DNA of 64,000 nt from an uncultured delta proteobacterium (GCA_963752595.1 CAVVYZ010000030.1:109372-173371), one strand, 5' to 3'; counted from the first letter of the stretch, positions 30,450 through 41,547 are shown. The notes: generated from the letters alone by a model not told the origin. Numbers and translations: made by a program.

Positions 30450-31747
30450 GAATTTGGTTGGTTTCTATAGGTGAACCAATACCAACAAGCTCTGACAGTA
30501 ATTCTCGATTGCTTCGAACAGGATATTTTGCTAATTTACTGTCACAATATGGCCATGATGTAATCTGGTGGTCTTCTGCATTTGATCACTTCAGAAAAAA
30601 GCAGCTTTGCACTACGGATAACGATTTTATTATTAATCAGAATCTTACTATAAAGCTTTTGTGTGGCTCAGGATACAAAAGTCATGTGTCGCTTAAGCGG
30701 GCCTGGGATCACTGGATAATCTCTAGGAAGTTTTCTTCGGCCATTAGGAAGGAGATTATACTTCCGGATCTAATTTTAGCTGCATTACCTACGATAGATC
30801 TCTGCTATGAATCAGTTGTGTTCGGGAATCAACATGGCATACCAGTAGTTCTTGATATGCGAGACATGTGGCCAGATATTTTTGTTGATCTCGCTCCTGA
30901 TTTCTTAAGACCATTAACACGACGCCTTTTAAGTTATCAGTTTCGGAAAGCTGGATACGCATGCGAAAAAGCCACGGCTATTGTTGGGATAACGGATGAA
31001 TTTGTTGTATGGGGTTTAAAACGGGGACAACGTAGCTGGCAAGAATTCGACAAATCATTCCCCTTTGGATATTCGATTCAGGCCACAACAAGAGAATCAG
31101 AGGACAAAGCATATATTGAACTCAGTCGTCGAGGAATTCGTTTCGATGACAACAACTTATATGCTCTTTATATTGGATCGCTCAGTCGCAATGCAAAGTT
31201 AGGTGATATCATATCTGCAAGCAGAATTCTTTATGAGCAAAACTCGAAATGGCAGTTTATTGTATGTGGCGATGGTGATTGTGTTGATCTAATAATAAAT
31301 CATGCTAGCAAATATCCAAATGTAAAATACGGGGGTTGGGTAGATAAAAATTTGATTCATGGTCTAATGCGACGATGTCATGTTGGGTTAAATCAACTTC
31401 CTGATCGATACGATTTTCTTGCCACCATCAACAACAAAGCCATTGAGTATATGAGCGCGGGACTCCCTATTATTTCAAGTCCGGATCGGGGTGTTCTATG
31501 TGAGCTTCTCAAGATGCATGAGTGCGGGATAAGTTATTCTTCTGGTGATGCTGCTGCTCTAGCTGCGACGCTTTCACGATTTTATGATGACCGGGATATG
31601 CTAAGGAAAATGTCACAGAACGCCATGCTGCTCTTCCAAAAACGGTTTCCCGCAGAAAAGGTTTATACAGAGATGATGGAGCATTTGGTGATGATAGCGG
31701 AAAATACAAAACAGAATCAATCTTTTAGAACAAGACACCAATTTTGA
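30446..31747 (+). CDS. GT4 glycosyltransferase
   Basis: IWLVSIGEP, FDH, DMRDMWPD, NKAIEYMSAGLPI. Confidence 0.85.
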   Translation: MRIWLVSIGEPIPTSSDSNSRLLRTGYFANLLSQYGHDVIWWSSAFDHFRKKQLCTTDNDFIINQNLTIKLLCGSGYKSHVSLKRAWDHWIISRKFSSAIRKEIILPDLILAALPTIDLCYESVVFGNQHGIPVVLDMRDMWPDIFVDLAPDFLRPLTRRLLSYQFRKAGYACEKATAIVGITDEFVVWGLKRGQRSWQEFDKSFPFGYSIQATTRESEDKAYIELSRRGIRFDDNNLYALYIGSLSRNAKLGDIISASRILYEQNSKWQFIVCGDGDCVDLIINHASKYPNVKYGGWVDKNLIHGLMRRCHVGLNQLPDRYDFLATINNKAIEYMSAGLPIISSPDRGVLCELLKMHECGISYSSGDAAALAATLSRFYDDRDMLRKMSQNAMLLFQKRFPAEKVYTEMMEHLVMIAENTKQNQSFRTRHQF

Positions 31748-31774
31748 GCATAACATATTTTCGGGAAATAAACT

Positions 31775-32701
31775 ATGAACAGACAGGACGACATTATGAT
31801 TGACAAGAAAATACAGCAGAAAATTGAGTATAGGCCCTCTCTGGCTGGGCGCCTGGCAAGGATTTTCATACCATTGCTTCAAGCAATACTTCCGCCAAAG
31901 GCATACAGAGTGATCTATGATGGACTCTATAAGGGCTACAAACAGATTCTCAGAGCGAGCTATGTAGTAAGGGTACTCGAAGCAAGACTCTTTGGTGATC
32001 GGGAGCAGCAGTTAAAGACATCACTCACACGACAGTTACTCCCCTACAGCATGGGAGGATGGAAGGCGCTCGAGAATGCATTCGAAGTTACTGCGTTTGT
32101 CGAACAAAAAAAAATCGAGGGAGCCTTGGTTGAGTGCGGTGTAGCTGAGGGGGGTACTGCTGCGATGATGGCTCTGACAAATCTGGAACTTGGAGCGAAT
32201 ACGCGACAAAAGTGGTTTTTCGACTCCTATGAAGGCCTACCTGAGCCAACTGCTGAAGACTACGAAGGCGGTAAAGCGGGCCATTTTATTCGTCCACTTC
32301 AAAAAGGGGCATGTCTAGGGACCATTGAGCAAGTCAGTGATTTGATGTTCGATAAATTACACTTGCCCAAGAATGAGGTTCATCTGGTGAAGGGCTGGTT
32401 CCAAGACACGGTGCCCGTTCATCGTGAGAAAATAGGGCCAATTGCTGTGCTGCGTCTGGATGGTGACTGGTACGAGTCCACCAAGATACCACTGGAATAT
32501 TTCTTTGATCAGATTAGTGTTGGCGGCTTTGTAATCATTGATGATTATGCAACTTGCTTCGGTTCTCATAAGGCGGTGGATGAGTTTCGAGCAGATCGCA
32601 ATATTACTACCCCATTGCGCCCTGACGGGCGGGGAGGTGCTTGGTTTGAAAAGCCGACCTCAGACAACAGATTCAAGAAGAACGAGGCAAGCTTCGGGTA
32701 A
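31775..32701 (+). CDS. TylF/MycF/NovP family O-methyltransferase
   Basis: GALVECGV..GG, FDSYEGLP, VKGWFQDT, LRLDGDWYEST, IIDDY. Confidence 0.9.
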   Translation: MNRQDDIMIDKKIQQKIEYRPSLAGRLARIFIPLLQAILPPKAYRVIYDGLYKGYKQILRASYVVRVLEARLFGDREQQLKTSLTRQLLPYSMGGWKALENAFEVTAFVEQKKIEGALVECGVAEGGTAAMMALTNLELGANTRQKWFFDSYEGLPEPTAEDYEGGKAGHFIRPLQKGACLGTIEQVSDLMFDKLHLPKNEVHLVKGWFQDTVPVHREKIGPIAVLRLDGDWYESTKIPLEYFFDQISVGGFVIIDDYATCFGSHKAVDEFRADRNITTPLRPDGRGGAWFEKPTSDNRFKKNEASFG

Positions 32702-32719
32702 TGTACCCAGAGAGAGTAA

Positions 32720-33406
32720 ATGAATAAAACCGGATTAATAGAAGCTCAGACTACTTGTACAGGAGGACAGATAAAATCCGTCATCCATCCCGCTTGGGCG
32801 CTGGTTCTAAAGCGGTCGTTCGATATGGTGTTTTCCTCGTTTGTACTCCTTTTGATATGGCCGTTGATTGGGGCAGTGGCTATTGGCATTAAGTTGTCCA
32901 GCCCTGGGCCGGTCTTTTACAGAGGCGTAAGGACAGGCTTACACGGGAAACCTTTCCGAATCATCAAATTCAGAACCATGATAGAAGGTGCCGAATCTCT
33001 GGGTGGGCCTACTACAGGCACTAACGATCGGAGAGTAACCCGTATTGGCTCCTTCCTCCGTCGAACCAAGATCGATGAACTACCCCAGTTCCTGAATGTC
33101 TTGTTGGGGGATATGAGCCTAGTTGGACCTCGCCCAGAAGTGTTTGAATACACGGCAAATTACGAAGGTGAGGAAAAATGCATTCTTTGTATGCGCCCTG
33201 GTATAACTGATTACGCGTCAATAGAGTACGCCGACCTTGATGATCGTGTGGGGAGTAGAGATCCAGACAGGTACTTTCGTGAACATATCCTACCCCACAA
33301 GAATGCATTACGGATCAAATATGTGAAGGAATGGTCCCTTGGCTCAGATTGCAATATTCTCTGGGTGACCTTTTGCCGGGTCGTGAAGAGGATTGCTGTT
33401 CAATGA
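32720..33406 (+). CDS. Bacterial sugar transferase (initiating phosphoglycosyl transferase)
   Basis: [36 protein letters not shown]. Confidence 0.92.
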   Translation: MNKTGLIEAQTTCTGGQIKSVIHPAWALVLKRSFDMVFSSFVLLLIWPLIGAVAIGIKLSSPGPVFYRGVRTGLHGKPFRIIKFRTMIEGAESLGGPTTGTNDRRVTRIGSFLRRTKIDELPQFLNVLLGDMSLVGPRPEVFEYTANYEGEEKCILCMRPGITDYASIEYADLDDRVGSRDPDRYFREHILPHKNALRIKYVKEWSLGSDCNILWVTFCRVVKRIAVQ

Positions 33407-34353
33407 GCATTTTGGAGACAATGCATCTGGGTAATACTGGTCCTTATGCCAGTCGTCTTGGTATGGGCTGTTGGGCAATAGGCGGTCATGGGTGGGGAAA
33501 GGTGAGGGAGGAGGAATCCATCCGGGCTGTAAAGTGTGCATTAGATAGTGGAGTCACATTTTTTGATACGGCAGATGTGTATGGGCTTGGGAAGTCAGAA
33601 ACATTATTAGCAGATGTGCTGGGCTCATCCCGCACAAAAGTTGTGATTGCAAGCAAAGGGGGCGTCCGTTGGAACGATAGTGGGCATATATGGACAGATA
33701 TCTCACCGACCTACCTGAGACTAGCTATAGAAAATAGCCTTAAAAGATTGAAACTGGATTGCATTCCCCTTTACTATATTCATAAATTTGATGATATAAC
33801 CCCTGTACAAGAGAGTATTGCAGCCCTTGAGCGTATGCGTAAGGAAGGTAAGATCGGGTCTATCGGTGTTTCGAACGTCTCTTCCGATCAACTGTTACAG
33901 GCCTTGCAGGTTGCACCGGTAGCAGCGGTTCAGGTTCGGTTGAATATCTTTGATCGAGATGCGAGTAAGGATTTATTCGACATTTGTAAAAGGCAGGGCA
34001 TTACACTTGTTGCTTGGGGCGCACTTGCGGATGGACTATTAACCGGTAAGTTCAAGGCCGATATGAAGTTCTCAGACGACGATCATCGGAGCAGGATGCC
34101 AGAATTTAAAGGGAAATTATTTCTGGGATATAACAGATGCATACAATCGCTTGAGCAGGTGGCTACCGAAAGGGGACGCCGGGTTGGCCAACTTGCACTT
34201 CGCTGGGTCTTGGATCTTGAGCCTTTTACATGTGCGCTTTTCGGCGCAAAAACGGATACTCAGGTAACTGAGAATTTGGGCGCGGATGGGTGGAGCTTAA
34301 CAAAGGTAGATCTCACAGCTATCGATTCCATTGTGGGTAAGTTTGGAAGATGA
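33403..34353 (+). CDS. Aldo/keto reductase
   Basis: LGMGCWAIGG, FFDTADVYG, SLKRLKLD, KEGKIGSIGVSN, GLLTGK. Confidence 0.9.
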   Translation: MSILETMHLGNTGPYASRLGMGCWAIGGHGWGKVREEESIRAVKCALDSGVTFFDTADVYGLGKSETLLADVLGSSRTKVVIASKGGVRWNDSGHIWTDISPTYLRLAIENSLKRLKLDCIPLYYIHKFDDITPVQESIAALERMRKEGKIGSIGVSNVSSDQLLQALQVAPVAAVQVRLNIFDRDASKDLFDICKRQGITLVAWGALADGLLTGKFKADMKFSDDDHRSRMPEFKGKLFLGYNRCIQSLEQVATERGRRVGQLALRWVLDLEPFTCALFGAKTDTQVTENLGADGWSLTKVDLTAIDSIVGKFGR

Positions 34354-34354
34354 T

Positions 34355-35332
34355 ATGACTTTCTCAATCGATGCATTATATGATTTGTATAAGACCATGC
34401 TTCGCATACGCTTTTTCGAAGAGGGCCTGGTGGAACCCATCCTGAACAGAGAAATCCACACGCCCTGCCATCTTTACAGTGGTCAGGAGGCTGTAGCCGT
34501 TGGCCTCTGCAAAGCCCTTTCCCAGGATGATTATATCTTCGGCAACCACCGTTCGCATGGCCATTTCCTGGCCAAAGGAGGTTCCTTGCAGGCCTTGGCG
34601 GCCGAGATCTACTGCCGGGAGACCGGCTGCTCCCGGGGCCGTGGTGGTTCTATGCACCTGATCGATCCCACAGTGGGCATGCTTGGTTCGGCGCCAATCG
34701 TGGCCGGGACCATCTCCCTGGCTGTAGGCGCGGCCCTTGCCTCTTTGATACGAAAGGACGGCCGCGTGTCCGTGAGCTTTTTCGGGGATGGAGCTACCGG
34801 GGAGGGTGTCCTGTATGAATCCATGAACTTCGCCGCGCTAAAAAAACTCCCGATCATATTCGCCTGTGAAAACAATCTATACGCTACCCACATGCACATC
34901 CGGGAGTGCCGCGTCAACCAGCCGATCCGCAAGATTGCCGAACCCTTCGGGATTGATAATCATGAAGTGGATGGGAATGATGTTCTGCAGATCTACGGTA
35001 AGGTACGACAGGCCGCAGAGGCCTGCCGGAAGGGAAATGGTCCGGTTTTCATGGAGTTCTTGACCTATCGCTATCGCGGCCACGTAGGGCCGGATGACAA
35101 TATCCAAGGGCTCCATACGGATATCAGACCCCAAGAAGAGTTAACCCAATGGTTTGAGAAAGACCCGATCCGGAGACTTGAGCGGCACCTCATGGAACAC
35201 CATTTGATGGACGAGCAAGATCTGCTGCCTATCAAGGATGAAGCAGAAAAAGAGGTACGGGAAGCTAAGGCGTACGCAGAAAACAGTGCACGACCGAGAC
35301 TTGAGGAGATGGCCAAATATGTCTTTGCATAG
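34355..35332 (+). CDS. ThDP-dependent dehydrogenase E1 alpha subunit-like
   Basis: HLYSGQEA, HRSHGH, GRGGSMH, FFGDGA..ENN, TYRYRGH. Confidence 0.92.
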   Translation: MTFSIDALYDLYKTMLRIRFFEEGLVEPILNREIHTPCHLYSGQEAVAVGLCKALSQDDYIFGNHRSHGHFLAKGGSLQALAAEIYCRETGCSRGRGGSMHLIDPTVGMLGSAPIVAGTISLAVGAALASLIRKDGRVSVSFFGDGATGEGVLYESMNFAALKKLPIIFACENNLYATHMHIRECRVNQPIRKIAEPFGIDNHEVDGNDVLQIYGKVRQAAEACRKGNGPVFMEFLTYRYRGHVGPDDNIQGLHTDIRPQEELTQWFEKDPIRRLERHLMEHHLMDEQDLLPIKDEAEKEVREAKAYAENSARPRLEEMAKYVFA

Positions 35333-36299
35333 AGAATTATCCTACAGTCTGGCGATCAACGAGGCGCTCCATCAAGTGATGTCGATGGACCCCTCAGTCT
35401 TCCTCATCGGGCAGGGTGTAAAAAGTCCCTGGTATGTAGGAAATACTGCCCGTGGTCTCATAGAAAGATTTGGAGAACGTCGGGTGATTGATACACCTGT
35501 ATCCGAGAACGGCATCACCGGGGCAGCCGTTGGGGCGGCTATCGCTGGCATGAAACCGGTGGTGGTCCATCCCAGGATAGATTTCATGATGTATGCCATG
35601 GATCCAATCATTAACGAGGCGGCGAATTGGTTCTATATGAATGGCGGCCTGGCAAATGTTCCGGTCGTTTTCTGGGGCATCATCAACCGGCGGGGTGAAC
35701 AAGCGGCCCAGCATTCACAGGCTCTTCATGCTGTCTTTGCCCATGTTCCCGGGCTCAAAGTGGTCATGCCCGCCACTGCTTATGATGCCAAGGGACTGAT
35801 GGTCGCTGCCATTCAGGATCCCAACCCCGTTGTTTTTATAGATGAACGATTGCTCTACCACCTTGAAGAGTCTGTTCCGCAAGAGATATATCGCGTAGAG
35901 ATCGGTAAGGGTTGTATCCGCAGAGAAGGAAAAGACGTAACGGTTGTGGCAGTTTCACTGATGGTTCATGAGGCCATAAAGGCGGCTCATGAACTTGTCG
36001 ACGATGATATTGATGTAGAAGTCATAGATTTAAGGACCATCAAACCGCTTGATCGAAAAATAATAATGGATTCAGTCCATAAAACAGGACGGCTTGTTGT
36101 TGTTGATGTTGGCTGGCGATCATTTGGTGTTTCGGGGGAAATTGCTGCCTTGGTAGCTGAGACAGCCTTTGAGTCTTTGAAGGCACCAATTTTGCGAGTT
36201 GCTCTCCCCGACTGCCCGGCGCCGGCCAGCATGATGTTGGAAGATGAATACTACCCGACAGCAAGAGATATTGTTGAAGCGGTACGAAGACTCATGTAA
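35319..36299 (+). CDS. ThDP-dependent dehydrogenase E1 beta subunit-like
   Basis: DTPVSE, AAQHSQ, PGLKVV.P, DLRTIKPLD; overlaps the alpha gene. Confidence 0.92.
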   Translation: MSLHRELSYSLAINEALHQVMSMDPSVFLIGQGVKSPWYVGNTARGLIERFGERRVIDTPVSENGITGAAVGAAIAGMKPVVVHPRIDFMMYAMDPIINEAANWFYMNGGLANVPVVFWGIINRRGEQAAQHSQALHAVFAHVPGLKVVMPATAYDAKGLMVAAIQDPNPVVFIDERLLYHLEESVPQEIYRVEIGKGCIRREGKDVTVVAVSLMVHEAIKAAHELVDDDIDVEVIDLRTIKPLDRKIIMDSVHKTGRLVVVDVGWRSFGVSGEIAALVAETAFESLKAPILRVALPDCPAPASMMLEDEYYPTARDIVEAVRRLM

Positions 36300-36320
36300 G
36301 AATATGATATTATAAATTAT

Positions 36321-36685
36321 CACTACTGTCCGGTTAATCTGGAAACAAAAACAATTGGTTGGATTCAGTGATGGTTTCAGAAGTGTAGTCAAGGCGAGTA
36401 AGTGTTTGCAATAATGGTGATTTTTCAAAAAGAGTAAGGCTCAAGATTTGTAGAATTGTGTAGAGCTCGAAGTCGAGCTTCAGACGTTTCTTCATGATAG
36501 CAACGAGTACATAGACGGCAATAGCAATCCGGATTTGAGTCTTCACCGCATTTTCACGGGTTCCGAAGAAGGCCTTGATTCTTAGGTGCTGTTTGATCCA
36601 CTTAAAGAAGAGTTCGACCTTCCAGCGAGCTTTGTAGATTTGGGCAATGATCAGTGCCGGGAGCGTGAAGTTGTTTGTAAGGAAG
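36321..36685 (-). mobile_element. IS4 family remnant (transposase 3' end and terminal sequence)
   Basis: Minus strand reads FLTNNF..YKARWKVELFFKWIKQHLRIK..ENAVKTQI; ends TTAACCGGACAGTAGTG; cut at the IS5 left end. Confidence 0.8.
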
Positions 36686-38054
36686 GAGACCTTTGCACAA
36701 TTCCGACAGATCTGGGGCGAGGTATAGAGCCGATCATCAGCGGTTATGGCATTTAAGGCAATGATAATATTGATTAAATATGGTATACTCTTTCCATCTT
36801 ATGAATCAAGGGGAGGGATGGAATGGGATTCAAGGAGTACGAGAGGAACATGAGTTTTTTGGATCTTGAATTGAGCAAGACACTGGGATCTTCGAGGACG
36901 TAGCGGTTCTTGAGTGAGATCCATGATCATATCAGATGGGAGCCAGTGGAGAGGATACTGCTTGGGGTTTACCCGGTAGGGAAGTCTTCAGTGGGCAATG
37001 TAGCCTATCCCCCTTTAATGTTATTAAAGGTGTTGATGCTGCAGAAGTGGTTTGGGATCAGGAGTGATCCTGAACTGGAGAATCAGATCAATGATGGGAT
37101 ATCATTCAAGGTATTTATAGGTCTACCCTTTGGAGATCCGTCTCCTGATCACAGTGTGATTTCGCAATTTCGGGATCGGGTGGGCAGCAAGGCGATGGAG
37201 AAGATACACGCAGAGCTGTTGAGTCAGTTGCGGTCAAAGGGTTTTTTCGATCGATGCCGGTCTGGCGGTGGATGCGAGATTGGTACGTTCGGCATCGAGC
37301 CCATTGGGCAAGGACAAGATTGAGAAGGTGCGTGAAGAGCATGAGCACAAGGACAACAAAGGGGGGATAGGTAAGCCCGTGAAGTTCAGCCGGGACCTGG
37401 AATCTGACTGGACGGTGAAGAACGATGTGCCTCTTTATGGGATGAAGGAGCACGCGTCTATTGATGTAAAGAGTGGGCTGGTACTATCGACGGTACTCTC
37501 GCGAGCATCGGAGCATGACACGAACTATTTTCAGTTTGTGGTGATCAAGAGCATGCACACCAGGAAGATGCCGCCTGTGGTGTATGCGGACAAGGGCTAT
37601 CATGGGCAGATGAACCGTGAATTCCTGCATATCAATGATATGAAAGACGGGATCATGAGGAAGGATGAGAGGAACGCGAAGCTGACCGAGCTGGAGATAA
37701 AGCGCAACAAGATGATCTCGAAGGTGAGGTATAAGATTGAGCAGTATTTTGGTGTGACAGCACTCCACCAGGGAGCCTCGCGAGCTCGGTTCACTACCCT
37801 TGCGAAGGAGGGGTGGGACCGGATGTGTCAGGTTATTGCGTTCAACATGAAGAGGTCTTACTTAGCGGGGTTAAGGAAGCCGGCGCATGCAGCTGCATGC
37901 TAGGGACAGGTGTGTCCGGAGCATGAAAATGCTGCCGGATATAAGGGGCTTGCGGATGATTTGGCAGGGAATTGAGCTCTTCTTCTTGAGAATTTGATGA
38001 AAAATTACCAATCAGTCCCAGAAAAAAGCTTCTTTCTCGATTACGCAAATGTCT
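36686..38054 (+). mobile_element. IS5 family (IS1106-like ends) element, transposase pseudogene
   Basis: IR GAGACCTTTGCACAA .. TTACGCAAATGTCT; paralog of 24003-25365; TAG at 36901 where the other copy has CAG; frameshift near 37245. Confidence 0.9.
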
Positions 38055-38070
38055 AAATCTTTGGAAAAGA

Positions 38071-38961
38071 TTATGGCCGCTTCTTGTCCGGCCAGGAATA
38101 CCAGCTGTCAAAAAGCACATACCCTGCGGTGATTCCCTGGGATATTGCTCTTTTCAACATCATAAGGGCAAGCTCAAGCTTGGTATACATCGAGGCTTCC
38201 CTGCTCATCTGACCACTGATGCTCCGGGCATCGCCGATACGTTCTTCAGGACTCTTTGGATGACGTTTCTTTCCGTATTTATAGGAAAAGTCCAAAGCAT
38301 ACATCCCCTTGCCTGTGAAGAGGCCGAGCACGACAACAGTATAACCAAGCACCGAGCGGTTCACGGTATGATCATGCAAGAAAGATACGTTCTCAATATC
38401 TCTGCCCCTCTTGGAGAGTATGCTATCGTCAAGTATGAAGCATCTCTCCTCTATAGGTGCCTCGTCGAACTTCAGAACCCTCCGGATCTCCTTCATGATA
38501 TAGTACAGAAACGATCGCCAGCGGTATCCCCTGGCCTTGAACCGATAAAAGGTGTCCTTCCTGCTGCTTGTGTACTGCTCAAGGTGATTGCGGCAGAAGC
38601 TCCGAACAGTACGTATTTTCAGCAATGGCAGAAGTACCAGCACGAACAGGATCTGTGCTGCATGATACCCATCCTTCTTGATAATCTTCGCCTTGTTCAT
38701 CTGCGTCCTGAATCCAAGCCGACTCAGTCCTTCGTCAATCTTGGTCTCAAATATCCGCCCCTCTTTATCCAAGTATTCCTCGATTTCTCCTTTGAACGCT
38801 TTGCCCGGTGTGATATACATGATCAGGGACTCCTTTGCGGTGTATTGTTTGTCTTATCAACAACTTATATACCACAAAAGCGAGTCCCTTTCACCATTTT
38901 CCTTGCTGTTTTATTGACTTTTCTCACCCCATCCCTTCAAATAAGGGTGCGAAACTTGAGT
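38071..38961 (-). mobile_element. Truncated IS4/IS701-superfamily (DDE) element, 5' part
   Basis: FILDDS..K, ENVSFLHDH, GY..VVLG, YVLFDSWY then abrupt end; putative terminus CTCAAGTTTCGCAC at 38961. Confidence 0.72.
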
Positions 38962-39274
38962 TATGTATTCGTGAAACCGTAAGGATTGAGCAAGGGGTGG
39001 ACAAGAGACAGGATTTTGATATCCCTGGCAGAAAAAGGAATATTCTGCGGCACAGAGAATATCCTGAAGTACATTTGGTAAAATATTTTTATAATTCTGA
39101 ATGGAGAATGTGCGAGGGCGATAAGAAACGGTTGAAAGTCACAAAACAATTTGGCGAGGCCTCCATGCATGATGGTTCAGGTTCATCTTACGCTTGAGGA
39201 ACCGGATATGCATTTCATTGTGGAACGGATGGCTGGTGTATTGAGAAATGGTGTGTAATCTTGCCATTCTTAAC

Positions 39275-39302
39275 TTGAACTATTTGATAATTCGGGTATA
39301 AT
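39275..39302 (+). promoter_or_regulatory. Putative sigma70 promoter for the capD-like gene
   Basis: TTGAAC-16 bp-TATAAT about 65 bp upstream of ATG 39367. Confidence 0.42.
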
Positions 39303-39366
39303 AGATAATTATCTCAAAAAGATATTGATTTGTTCATGTGATTATACGTCAGAGGCTGGTTAGATA

Positions 39367-41310
39367 ATGCAGGTTTTTTTCAAAAAGAATTTCTGGATTA
39401 TTTTTCTGCTGGATCTGCTCCTGCTGTCAGTATGCTACTACCTCGCATATTGGCTGAGATTCGACGGGGCCTTGACTCCGGCTGTCAGGAAAATGATCTT
39501 GTCGACCATTCTCCCCTTGTTAGGGATAAAAATTACCTGTTTCATTTTTTTTGACCTGTACAATGGCATGTGGAGATATGTCGGCATAAAAGATCTCATC
39601 AATGTCATCAAGGCTTCGGTTTCCGGGTCTTTGTTATTTGTGGTCTACCTTGCAACATTATATCACTTTTCGGGAATCTCCCGGGGCGCCTTGCTTGCAG
39701 ATGCAGTATTGACCATAGTCTTCATCGGCGGGGTGAGGCTGTTGATCCGACTCTATTATCAGCGCGACCAGGGTTTTTTTGATGAAATAATCTTCTGGCG
39801 CAAGGCTCAAAAAGAAACTACGAAAGTCCTTATTATCGGAACAGGGTATCTTGCAGTAAGCCTGTTGCGGGAGATCCGTGATGAGAAAAAACTCAGTTAC
39901 CGGGTGATGGGTTTTGTGGACGCGGGTTCAAAGAATAAAGGGATGAAAATACATGGAATCCCAATTCTTGGCGCTCTGGGAAATATTCCCCAACTGGTAG
40001 GATATTACGGTATCGAGAATATACTTATTGCCGATGCCGGGTTAAAACCCCAAGAGATTGCAGACATAATTCAATCCTGCGATGGCTTGGGGGTTCACTT
40101 CAAGGTCATTCAGTCGCTTTCCGAGATGATCGCGAATAATGTCGCTGACAATCTCAGGGATATCAAAGTGGAGGACCTTCTTGAAAGAGAGCAGATCTCT
40201 CTCGATATGCAGCTCGTCAGGGCCGAGATAGAAAACCAGACTGTCCTGATAACCGGCGCCGGTGGGTCGATTGGTTCCGAACTTGCCAGACAGATCCATG
40301 CGTTCAATCCCAAACGGCTTATTCTCCTAGATAATGCTGAGACGCCATTGTACCAGATAGACATTGAGCTTCAATCAAAAGCAGGTGAAACAGAAATTAT
40401 CCCCTGCATAGGTGATGTACGGAGCAGGCGTGGGTTGGACCGCATATTCCATAAATATAAGCCGCAATTCGTGTATCATGCGGCTGCTTATAAACATGTG
40501 CCCATGATGGAGTTATCTCCTCTCGATGCAGTGAACAACAATATTATCGGGACATTCAAGCTGGCAAGTGTGGCCTGCAAGCATCATGTCAACAAATTCG
40601 TTCTGATATCAACAGACAAGGCGGTGCGGCCCACATCCGTTATGGGCACAACCAAGAGAATTGCGGAAATGGTCGTGCAGTCTCTGAATGGAAACGGAAC
40701 CCGGTTTTTGGTGGTACGTTTCGGGAATGTCTTGGGAAGCAACGGCAGTGTTGTGCCTCTGTTCCAGAGACAGATAGCTTCCGGAGGGCCGGTAACGGTT
40801 ACCCATCCCGAGGTCACCCGCTATTTTATGACCATTCCCGAGGCAGTCATGCTGGTGCTGCAGGCCGGTTCCATCGGTAAGGGCGGGGAATTATTCCTGC
40901 TCGACATGGGTGAGCCGGTGAAAATACTCGATCTGGCCAGGAATATGATACGCCTGGCAGGGCTCGCTCCTGATCGGGACATCAAGATAGAATTCATTGG
41001 AATGCGCCCAGGTGAGAAGTTGTATGAAGAGTTGCTCATAGACGGTGAAGGAGTACTTGACACTGCATATGAAAAGATCAAGGTCTGCAACAATGCAAAT
41101 GGATTCGATGAAACGACAATCTTTGAAGCTATTGAGCACTTTAATCTATTACTGAAAGACTCCCGGGATAATGAGTCTGTTATCAAGGTCTTGGAAAATC
41201 TTGTACCGGCTTTTCAATTAGACACTCGTCTTCAAAAGACGGAAGCAACGAAAAAATATACTATTACAGAGAAGGATAAGAAAATTAATCTCGAGGGTAC
41301 GATACATTGA
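39367..41310 (+). CDS. Membrane-bound nucleoside-diphosphate sugar 4,6-dehydratase (CapD/PglF/WbpM)
   Basis: Four N-terminal TMs, TGAGGSIGSE, HAAAYKHVP, STDKAV, VRFGNVLGS, RPGEKLYEEL. Confidence 0.93.
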   Translation: MQVFFKKNFWIIFLLDLLLLSVCYYLAYWLRFDGALTPAVRKMILSTILPLLGIKITCFIFFDLYNGMWRYVGIKDLINVIKASVSGSLLFVVYLATLYHFSGISRGALLADAVLTIVFIGGVRLLIRLYYQRDQGFFDEIIFWRKAQKETTKVLIIGTGYLAVSLLREIRDEKKLSYRVMGFVDAGSKNKGMKIHGIPILGALGNIPQLVGYYGIENILIADAGLKPQEIADIIQSCDGLGVHFKVIQSLSEMIANNVADNLRDIKVEDLLEREQISLDMQLVRAEIENQTVLITGAGGSIGSELARQIHAFNPKRLILLDNAETPLYQIDIELQSKAGETEIIPCIGDVRSRRGLDRIFHKYKPQFVYHAAAYKHVPMMELSPLDAVNNNIIGTFKLASVACKHHVNKFVLISTDKAVRPTSVMGTTKRIAEMVVQSLNGNGTRFLVVRFGNVLGSNGSVVPLFQRQIASGGPVTVTHPEVTRYFMTIPEAVMLVLQAGSIGKGGELFLLDMGEPVKILDLARNMIRLAGLAPDRDIKIEFIGMRPGEKLYEELLIDGEGVLDTAYEKIKVCNNANGFDETTIFEAIEHFNLLLKDSRDNESVIKVLENLVPAFQLDTRLQKTEATKKYTITEKDKKINLEGTIH

Positions 41311-41547
41311 AGAGGTCTTTGTTATCATTGTCATAATGAACACCTCCCGATATTCATAACCTGAAATAGTTCCAGTGAAACCTTTGTGTAGTTCCAACTT
41401 TGGCAAATCTCGATTATGAGCATACCTCCGGTGATGAATGTGTATCATGTCAGAGAGTTGTCTTCAAGGAAAGATCAAACTGTGAAACATAAATCCTGAA
41501 AGGATGAACGTTTTGCCGGCATGGTCGGCAAGCACGAGAACGAAGGT

